A DNA stretch of 64,000 nucleotides, taken from assembly GCA_951406725.2 (NCBI GenBank), contig OX597831.1, positions 69,750,001-69,814,000 of the forward strand, given 5' to 3'. Positions 53,767 to 64,000 of this stretch are shown here, piece by piece. Origin of the DNA: Octopus vulgaris (lineage: Eukaryota). Under the pieces are notes generated by a model that saw only the letters and a list, made by a program, of their open reading frames with translations, was not told where the DNA came from and ran no database searches. The stretch's first letter is position 1, and each line of letters begins with the position of its first letter. Made by a program: the position numbers and the translations under genes.

Positions 53767-55701
53767 CTGGTATAGAAAATACAATAGGAATCAGTGGCTG
53801 ATCCAGTAAAATGATAAAGTGAAAATTATAAATAATTAAGGTGGCTAGTCACAGTTTAAAAACCAAAAGACACAAGTATAATCGTTACTAAAGTGTCTAA
53901 GGGTACAATAGTGGGTGGCGATTCATGTAAAAATTGGGATGATAATGGGGTGGCGATTCATGTAAAAATAACAAAATAACGAGTTCATTAGGTTGAATTA
54001 TATTTGTGAAATACAGTTGCTTTGAATTTGCTTCAGAAAGAAGTCTATGTTTATGATGGGTAGTTGAGGTGGGAGGGGGACTAGGAATGTGGCCTGAGTG
54101 TCAAGGGGCCAGCAGCCCCAAAAAGTTTGGGAACCAGTGATTTAGTTGATGGTGTGTATTTAATTTCTTAGTTATCTTCAAATACAGATCCCAATATTTT
54201 GTTCTGTTTTATCTTTATGACTCACCTGTCTTTTGTGCATTAAGGTTAACTGAGAAACAATTCAGTAATTAGCACAATTAATCTCTATTAAATTTCCGCT
54301 GTATACTCATGGAATATACTCATGGATTATTTTTTATGCTGATGTTTAAACAAAATTTTTATAATTTTATATTTTGTTGAATTCTCCTGTAGTTAGATTC
54401 CCTTTGAGGCAAAAATTATGAAACATATTTGGTTTAGAACCTTTTGTTCAATTGTGCTCAAAAAATCTCCTTAATATGTTGATAAATAAAAATGTTAGAG
54501 ATGTTTTATTAAACCAGTCTAAATTATTTTTATTCAAGCTTGGGTTTGATTAAACTTGAGAATTGGAATTTTATACAGAGTAACAACTTCAACAAAAATA
54601 CAAATTCTGGGATAAACTAATTGTTATATAAAGAAAACAACATACAATCAAAAACAATAATTTGTGTAAATTATTTTGAAATTTAACTGGAACATGTAAG
54701 TGGTGTATTTGGGTTAGAAATATAGCAATGAAAGGGTTAAATACTTATGTGTTATTATCTTCCATAGTTTCATTTGAAGAACAGTGTTGAATAATGTCTT
54801 AAATAGACTAAATATATTAATAGAAAGGTCACTAGAAGTTTCTCAGGTTAGTAAAATGTTCATCTGGTAAAACAAAATTATAAACCTCATGAAGGAGAAC
54901 AATATTTGTTCATATTAACCTAATGTTCTCTGGCTTAAAAAAGCTAGTAACTTTGTTTTCTAACTTTTTATTCTATTTTCGTTTGATTAAAAACAAAATA
55001 GAAGAAAAAACTAAAAAAAAAAAACCAGAGAATCCTGCTGAATACAAATTTTGGAAAAATACTTAAAACAATGATACATAACAGATTTTCTTGTTGCTGC
55101 TCAAAAAGTATACATATCTTGTATGTATTTCTGAGCTTATTAGGTTCTACATGAGGCACTAAGCGGGTATATTAAAACTCTTATGGATATTGTTTCTAAG
55201 GAATTTCATTAGAAATAAAACATCATAAAATTATGAATTACTTTCTAGTCAAGACTATTAAGTGCAAACGATTCTGACAGAAAGTTATAGCTGGTTTTAA
55301 GAAAGATTTAAAACAGAGTTATCTAAATAAATGTTGCAATGTAGAAAATGGGTAAGCATTTAAAATAAATTTGTTATGGAAATTTTCATCAAGGAGATTT
55401 CTAATACGAAAGTGTCTTAGTTAGAAATCAATGGTGCTTATCTTATGAAATACAGTAATATAATTTTACTCTTCCTTGTTTTCTATAACAAGCTTTATTT
55501 TCTCAAGAGTTATCAATGTATTGTCATACTCTACATCAAATATTTTCTCCATGCCACTAAGTGTTTCAAGTGCAGAAAATCATTTTCTTTCCTCTTTTAT
55601 TTAACATAAATTTTTATCTGAATTTTGCAGAGTGCAACCATCAAAACATACTTTCTCTCTATCTGTCTGTCTCTATCTCTGTCTCACTCTCTCTCTCTTT
55701 C

Positions 55702-55750
<49 letters not shown>

Positions 55751-55893
55751 GGAAGATGATGAATGAATTTAGCCAATCATTGATATTTCTTACAGTTGTT
55801 TCTGTATTATTCTGCTTCTAAACGCATTGCATGTGAAAGATTATACAATATATGTAGATATATATGTGTATATATGTGTGTGTATATGCGTGT

Positions 55894-55940
<47 letters not shown>

Positions 55941-55971
55941 GTAGAAGGTTGAAAAGGAACACATGAGTTGA

Positions 55972-56845
55972 TATATATGGAAAAAAAGTCAAGGTAGAGA
56001 ATGCTAACATAATTTTATAAAAAAACATTTCAGCCATTGAGATTTTTTCAATTGTAAGTATGGGAAACAATTAAATTTTGGAAAAATTAAATAAAAAGTA
56101 TTTTAGAAGAATATTTGTATAGTATTCAAATGCAAGTGGCATTTTCCTTGTTTCTGACTGTCTGTCTCTCTTGTTTAGTCTTGTGGGTTCGAGGTCGTTG
56201 TGAATTCTTGGTAGGGAAGAAGAAGGAGAAGAAGAAGAAGAAGAAGAAGAAGAAGAAGAAGAAGAAGAAGAAAAAGAAGAAGAAGAAGAAGAAGAAGAAG
56301 AAGAAGAAGAAGAAGAATGCGGGAGTGCTATGATGGTTGTATGTAAAATTCTTGAGACATCTCTTTTGAATGTTTTGCTTATAAATTTTGTGTAGGTGTT
56401 ATTCTGAACAGCAATGGTGGTAAAGTTTTCAAGAATTCAATCACTACTACCATTCACAATGGGTCACTTTCAGGGTACTTGACCATTTAACATACTACTA
56501 TCATGGCACTCCCCATTCTTCTTCTTCTTCTTCTTCTTCTTCTTCTTCTTCTTCTTCTTCTTCTTCTTCTTCTTCTTCTTCTTCTCCTTCTTCTTCTACC
56601 CTACCAAGAATTCACAACGACCTCGAATCCACAAGTGTAAACAAGAGAGACAGAGACAGACAGAAACAAGGAAAATGCCCCTTGAATTTGAATACTATGC
56701 AAATATTCTTTTAAAAACCTTTACTTTTAATTTTTCCGAATTTAATTGTCTTCCATACTTACAGGTGAAAAAGTCTCAATGACCGAAACCTATAATGAAA
56801 TGTTTTTTATTAAATTATTTTAGCATTTTCTACCTTGACTTTTTT

Positions 56846-56856
<11 letters not shown>
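55972..56856. repeat. Large foldback element, arms of about 370 bp with mirrored (GAA)n/(TTC)n
   Basis: TGGAAAAAAAGTCAAGGTAGA / TCTACCTTGACTTTTTTCCA and TTCGAGGTCGTTGTGAATTCTTGGTAGGG / CCCTACCAAGAATTCACAACGACCTCGAA. Confidence 0.92.
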
Positions 56857-56886
<30 letters not shown>

Positions 56887-58209
56887 AATTATTTGAGGGA
56901 ATATTAATATATATACATACATACATACATACACATACGTATGTATGAAAGTGTGGATGTATTGTAGGCACTGGTGTGGATGTGTGGTTAAAATGCTTGC
57001 TCAACAACCATACGGTATCAGGTTCACTTGCATTTCACTGAACATTGAGCAAGAGTCATTTACTACATAGCCAGGCTAACCAAAGCCTTCAGTGTGCATT
57101 TGGTTAATAGAAACTAGAAGCCTTGCCCAGGATGTATATGTGTATGTATGTGTGTCTGTGTAGATACCTTTGTTTTGACATTATCTGATGGTTTTTCAAA
57201 GGGCATCACCACCATACAAGTGAAAATATTTCAGCCTTCAATGATTACTGACATTCAGCAAAGTTTAGGGATGCCTTTCTGGAGTATTGCACCTATATCC
57301 TGGGTAACTTTAGAAAAGGGACTCTTTATTGATTCACATTAAATCACTCTGAAGCTTCTTCCAGCCTCTAGCACAAGGCACACTATCTCCTCTCTTTGTC
57401 TTTTCTATCTTATTATAATATAGTCTTTATTCCTCAGAACCTCAGAACTAGCTGGCTTTTATACTTCTCCAAGAGTGCTAGAGAGTGCAAAAATTTCAAA
57501 AAGTAGAATTTCAGACAATAATCTGTTTTTTTTATAGAATTTTAATTTCAATTGGTTCAAGCTCAGGAATACTAAAAAAGTAAAAAAAATAATTCCATTC
57601 CCAAAACAAATGAGTGACGGGAGTTTCTCCTAAAATTCTGAAGTTGGGAACGAAATTATAGAAAACAATGGACTTTTGAGAATAAAGTAGAAGTAAAAAA
57701 TAGGGAATGTATAAATCATGTTTACTACTGAGGTGGAACTGTAGTGGTTGCGAACATAGAATTCCATAATTTCTATTGACTTTGATACATTATTACATCA
57801 TATAAGTAATATGATATTTTAATACTGTTTTTAATGAAACACTTCTAAGCTACGTAAATGGGTTTCTTTTTTTGTAATACCCTTTTTTAAGATGAAAGTA
57901 TTGTTGTGTTATATACAGTGTTACCTCTAAATATTTTTTCAATGTTGTTTATAATAAAATACTTACACATTACTCAAATATTTTATTTTTCACTAATTGT
58001 AATTCTAGTTGCTTTTAAAATGAATATATTTTTCTCCTTGAAGTAAATATTTCCTTTTCATTTTGGAACTTTGAGTAAACTTCAGTATTTATTTGATATA
58101 TTATTGTACTTGTTACACACTTTTTCTTGTATTTTTATATTTTATATTGTAAGTAAGCTAAAATGTTTATACTTTCCCTATTTCTTCAAAATACACTGTA
58201 ATGCTATGA

Positions 58210-58580
58210 CATTAAGAACTTTGCTTCCTAGTCACATGGTTCTGGGTTCAATCCCACTGTGTGGCAAATGTTTTCTACTGTTGTCTCAGGCTGAACAAAA
58301 GCCTTGTGAATGGATTTAATAGACAGAAACTGTAAGAATCCTGTTGCATGTGTGTGTGTGTGTGTATGTGTGCAAGCATGTGTCTATGTTTGTCCCCATC
58401 ACTGCTTGACAACCAGTATTTATGTTTATGTTCCAATAACTTAGCAGTTCAGCAAAATAGTATGACAGAACAAGTACCAGGCTTTAAAAAATGAGTACTG
58501 TGGTTGATTTATTTGACTAAAATTCTTCAAGGTAGTGCCCCAGCATGGTCACAGTATAACGACTGGAACAAGTTAAAGAA
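58210..58580 (+). mobile_element. SINE family A, diverged copy
   Basis: GGGTTCAATCCCACTG...CCCAGCATGGTCACAGT...GACTGGAACAAG. Confidence 0.75.
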
Positions 58581-58799
58581 ATGCATTTATGCATCACTGT
58601 AGGTACACACAAACACCTCACACACACATGCACACTCTTTACAACTTTGGTCAATAAGGAATAATATTTTATTTATCTTGTTGCAATATAAATGAATAGA
58701 AAACATTGTGTTGGCCCTAGACTAACACTTTACAAGAGGAAGTGAAAAAGTGGGTGAAAAACAGAAGCCTACTAACTGATAAACAACAGGAGATTGTTC

Positions 58800-59128
58800 C
58801 TTCTCATAAGGCTCATAAGGGCCAGTTTCCCCTTCTCGAGCCATGCATGGCTCATAAGGGCCGGTTTCCCGGTTTCTTGGCATATAGGCTCCCCACCTGG
58901 ATGAGACGCCGGCCTGTCGCAAGTGAGCTGCAAGATGCAGGAGGAAAGAGTGAGAGAAAGTTGTGGTGAAAGAGTCAGCAGAAGTTTCGCCATTAACCTT
59001 CTGCCAGAGCCACGTGGAGCTTAGGTGTTTCGCTCATAAACACACACATCACCCGGTCTGAGATTCGAACTGGCAATCCCTCAACCGTGAGTCTGCTGCT
59101 CTAACCACTTGGCCATGTGCCTCCACAG
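58800..59128 (-). mobile_element. SINE family C copy with a duplicated 3' segment
   Basis: Aligns with 18420-18719; GGCTCATAAGGGCC.GTTTCCC occurs twice. Confidence 0.85.
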
Positions 59129-60549
59129 CTGGAGATTGACAGAAACACATAGAAATGATACACTGGACAAAACTTTAGTGAAATACAGCAATTCTATGGC
59201 AGGTGGTAGACTTTGTAGAGCAAGAGGTAATATCTATTCCCACTGAAATGTGGATATTCTGTTACCTCTTGGTATTAATACTGCCTCTGTTGCTTGTGTA
59301 TCTGAAATGTATTCTGGTTTAGAATACATTGATATTACACTTCGAGAACAGAAACTGAAATGAACAATCAATTATTTGGAGGCAATTGTGCCACAATAGC
59401 TAATGAATTTCAGTGAATTATCTAAAATTTAACCTTTATTAGATGTCAAATCAGCTGAATAACAAAGTTTCTCAGATTTCTATTGTAAAGTAATGGCGTT
59501 GAGACTAATTTCACCCAACATTATTATATCTGAGATTTATAAGATAAAAGTGAAAATAAAAACTGTTGTCCTAGAATTGAATTAATAAAATAATTTGTTG
59601 TATGCATCAACACTGTTTGTACATCATGGCTGTCTTATGATGTGATACATTCTCCAAAATAGAATTTTAGAGAATGAGCATGGAGTAACATACGTGTTGA
59701 GCATTTATCTCATCAGAAATTTTACATAAAATATGTTTTTTAATTGTATGTTAATTGTTTTCTTTATATATATAATAATTAGTTTATCCCAGATATGTAT
59801 TTATGTTGAAGTTGTTACTCTGTATAAAATTCCAACCAAAAATGCAATCTCAAGTTTAACCAAACCCAATCTTGGATAAAAAAAAATGATACAAACACAA
59901 ATGAGAAACAAAAGGAAATAATTAAGCTTCTCTTTTATAATCGTCACTGACTAAAAGCAATGTCAGCAACGGGTATAGTCAATTACATTGACTGATGCTT
60001 ATTTTATTAACCCCTAAAAGAAATGGAAAATAAAATGCATCTTGTTATTAGAACTGAGAACAAAGAACAATGGAAATGATGTTACATTTAGTCCTGTGTT
60101 TTATCATTTGGTCATTCCATGGAATTTCACATAAAAGAAATTTTCTGGATTAAGAAAAAACACTTGTTCCTTTCTTCTAGTTTCTTCCCTCACAGCATTA
60201 AATTCTCCTAAACTTCCACAAATATCTATTATCTCCAATGTAATGAGAAAAATTCAAACCTATTGCTGCCTGAATAAGAAACTATAACATTCAAGCAAAG
60301 TGGTTTTCAATTCTTAACTGACTATTAAAAGCAATTTCACAGACTCCACTCAACCTGATTATATTTGGCACAGCTTTTGTCTCGTCTCACCTTCATGGCA
60401 GCATGGTAAAATCAATGTGTGAGTTTCCCAAACATACAACAAAAGATGCCATAAATGAAATATTCTTAGAATATTATCTTGCTATGCCATATGTTCAGGT
60501 TTTATGAAAAGAAATCTAAGTTAAAGAAACATAATGAGAACATTATGGA

Positions 60550-60950
60550 AATATTATGAAAAACTTATGAAAATAGGGTGCATCACAATAAAACAAATGT
60601 AACTGGTGAATCAATAGATGTGGAGCCATTCTACAGCTTAATGGCATTCAATAGATCTACACTGTGAAAATTGCAATTGTGTATTTATAATGAACAATTC
60701 TATTGGAGTCAATGAGCTCCAACCGTATTCAGCTGATTGATAGAGTTTATAAACATATTGAAAGAAATGTATAGACAAAGATCACTTGGAATACTTGTGA
60801 TAGTCATGAAAGATGTTGTGCCAAAATTAGAATTGAAGATCTCAGCACAAAGTCTCCTGACAGAAAGTACTAAGGACAAAGCATGATGCATTTCATTAAA
60901 ATTGCAACACCTGATGTGAACTTTCTGCAATGTGAATCTATTCTCACAAT
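60550..60950 (+). pseudogene. Possible decayed hAT-type transposase fragment
   Basis: GESIDV...LMAF resembles the DESTDV...QL motif; there is no sustained open frame. Confidence 0.3.
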
Positions 60951-62779
60951 TTATTCAAAGTTATTTAATATTTTAATTAATTTGAAATTTTCATTTTGTG
61001 CTTTACTAAAATTAAAACAGATTCTTTCTCTATTTGCAGTTGAGGTATTATATTTTTTAAATCACTTGCCATAAACCTAAAATGATTGACTATTTTAGCT
61101 TTTATTAATGCAACTCTGACATTCCAGAGTATGTGAAATAATCAGTGTTGATCTGGAGTGGGCATGACTTTTTTGGGTGAGAAGTCTGCTTTTCACCTAT
61201 CGTGCACTTAGTACATCATGATTCACTTATAGCACACTACATCGCACAGTACATTGTGGATTTTTCTGGAAAATATATGTAAATTTATATCGTGGATTCC
61301 TCAGTATATTGCGGGTTTCTGTTTATATTTAAAAAAAATTTTTTAATTATTTCTGTGGTAAAATAAGCCTTTTTACACCCAATAATTAATAAATGAATAA
61401 ATGAATTAGAGTACAGTACTGCACTGTATAACGCATTAATTAAAATATATTAAAAGAAAATACGTAGTGAACCACAGATGAGTAAACAAAAACTCACACA
61501 TACTGTATGGAAACTGAAACCTGGGAGGTGACTGTGTAGTATTAGATGTTTTGGAACCGTTTTTCAATTGAATATATTTTGTTTACTTAAAAATTGGAAT
61601 TTTTGAAACTAATATTATTTTTAACAACCCCAAATCTTGAAATTTTGAAGCTGCGATTTTTGCCCTTTTTTTTTCCAGATTCGGAATCTCCATAGCCGAA
61701 AAACACGGGTTCCGTAAAAAAAAAAAATGTAAAAAGTAGGGGAGAGGTTGAGTTACATCTCTGCCATGTGCACCTCCTTAATTTTTAACTTCTGTTTCTG
61801 GCACGCATATTTACGCAATTTTGATTTTGAAGTATTTAAAAAATTATTTGGAAATTATAAAGAGAAATGAATGGTAGATTCTGACTGTCTGTATTTTAAA
61901 CACACGAATTAAAAAAAAAATGGTTTAGGGAATTTTTTTTTTGTATAATAATATCAATTTCATTATGCAGAAGACAGAATCGAAAACCTTTTGTAAATAT
62001 TTGTAAAAATAAGAAAGTTATGGGGGTTTTTAGCACATGCTTACATCATAACTCTGCCGAGTTTTGCTTCCACTAGTAAAAGCTATACGTATCTTTCAGG
62101 AAGCTCCATACCAATTTAACTTTATGCAGCCTTCGCTGTTAGTTTATGCACAGGCTATGAGGGAAGACAGAATAAAGAGGTTTTTGTTAGCTTATAACTC
62201 CGATAAGATGGGTCACTTTGCTGTTCAAAAGAATAAACTCACTGAGGGGAAGTTTCAACGTCTTCCTTCAATTTCGTTATACCATTTATGTGGCTGTTTC
62301 TGACAAGAAATTTCACTTTCAAGTAAGACAACTATATTTTGTAGTCATTATCTATAATTTGTTCCCAAAACACTTCAGTACTTCAGCTTTGCAAACATAT
62401 GTTCTTTAATCATTAAAGTGCAACAATAACCAGCCTTCAATTTGGTTTTCCATTCCTCGGTTAATCAGAAACATAGATTGTTGTGCTACTCATAAATATT
62501 CTCAGTAGTTCAATTATTTGGTGAACAAAAATACTACCAATGCAAATTTAAACTGTCCAAAGAATGAGTGCATTTGCTAGTATGAATATATGAAATAAAT
62601 TAATGACAATAACTTGATTGATAATTATTTTCCTCGTAAATGATTAGATGTCTACAAATTGTTTTGTATATGTATCTGTATGTATGTCTGTGTGCATGCG
62701 TGCATACACATGATTATGTATGAGTGTGTCTATGTCTGACACCTTATCTTAACATTGCATGAGAGCTGTAAATGAGTGT

Positions 62780-62955
62780 CACTGTCGTTCATTTCCAATG
62801 TTCTGTGTAAACATGTCCGGCCATACTTGGAAACAGACAAGAGTTGGCAATAGGAAAAGCATCCAGACATAGAAAATCCACCTGAATAAACTTAGTCCAA
62901 CCCATGCTAGCATTGGAATGTGGACAGTAAAACAATGATGGTGATGATGATGATT
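62780..62955 (+). mobile_element. Diverged copy of the RTE-like 3' UTR
   Basis: GTTGGCAATAGGAAAAGCATCCAG...CCAACCCATGCTAGCAT...(GAT)n. Confidence 0.6.
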
Positions 62956-63054
62956 GGGGAAACAATATTCTCTTTTTGTTTCTCTCCTCCACTTACTGTA
63001 AAGTAGGAAATGTCTTCTCATTAAAAATTTATACTTGCAAAATCATTAATATTT

Positions 63055-63255
63055 TAGACACACTATCAAATAATTTGAGACTAGTTACACTAGTTTCAAA
63101 TCATCATATTATATAGTACTTTTGAGACTGGTTATCAGATAATTTGAGACCAGTGACACTGTTTTCAAATTATTAGAATCTGAGATTAAGCTATCAGGTA
63201 ATTTGGACTCAGTTATACAGGTTTCCAATTACCAGTATCTAAGACTGGTTTAATC
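63055..63255. repeat. Degenerate minisatellite of three hairpin-forming units
   Basis: Units start TATCA(A/G)(A/G)TAATTTG at 63064, 63133 and 63192. Confidence 0.7.
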
Positions 63256-64000
63256 ACAAAACCTTCACCAAGAGAATTGCTGACATTTTTTGATAGTGTC
63301 CAGTCTGCTTCTTTCTCTGTAATAATACTTTAAAATAGCATTACTTTACAGTAAGACATTTATTCTATGTGCTCCAATCTATTTCCTGATTTTAAAAAAA
63401 AATCTAACCTATTCAAAGAATTGTACATAACCATTCCTGTCATCATTGTCATCTTCATCATCATCATCATTGCCATCATCGTTGTTGTCGTCTTCATCAT
63501 TATCATCATCATCATCATCATCAACATCATCATACCTCTACTTTCTGACTGGCAATGGTTGGATGGATCATCATGAGCTGAGTGCTTTGGTAACGAGATT
63601 TACTGCCTTCATGGTCTCGTATCTGTCATTTTGCCTTGGTTTCTGTGTCTGGGAGAGTGTCCCTCCTGTTACCAACCACTTTGCAGAGTGTATTATGTGC
63701 ATTTTCTTATGACACCAACACTACAGAGGTTTACAAGTCCTCAGCAGTAAAACAGGACTAAAAGGACCTCACAACCCTTCTCTGCTCATTTGCCATCTAC
63801 TTTGCACTGTGTGTTGGATGTATCTTTTGGCATCAACATTAAAGGAGTTATCCATTCCCCATCAGTCACTCTTGAGAGTGTGCAGGGGGATTCAGGAAGG
63901 GGATTTCCATCATGGCACTGGTGTATCAGCTTTGAACATTGAAAATGTACAGAGTGCTTTGTAATCTAAGATGTTTACTTTTGGAAGAAATGTAAATGAG

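Noticed and set aside
63055-63255. CRISPR-like appearance of spaced palindromic repeats
   Set aside because: Eukaryotic context, degenerate units, spacers similar to one another, and no cas genes.

Overview
AT-rich, microsatellite-dense animal genomic DNA with no host protein-coding gene that can be confidently identified. The tRNA-derived SINE families resemble those of octopods; this is inference from recognition, not a search. The main feature is a nearly intact 6.25-kb L1/Tx1-type non-LTR retrotransposon (42250-48498, minus strand) with a zinc-knuckle ORF1 and an APE-RT-CCHC ORF2. It lies inside a (GATA)n microsatellite with a candidate ATAGAC duplication, and that microsatellite appears to lie in the 3' region of a decayed Rep-helicase Helitron. 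The last ~45 nt of this LINE match the 3' tail of a tRNA-derived SINE found twice in the window, suggesting a LINE-SINE partnership. The window also holds Penelope-like remnants, several hammerhead-ribozyme motifs, foldback elements, non-autonomous Helitrons, mariner/maT, RTE and piggyBac-type fragments and many SINE copies. Most short ORFs in the track are microsatellite or SINE artefacts. Boundaries of decayed repeats are approximate.
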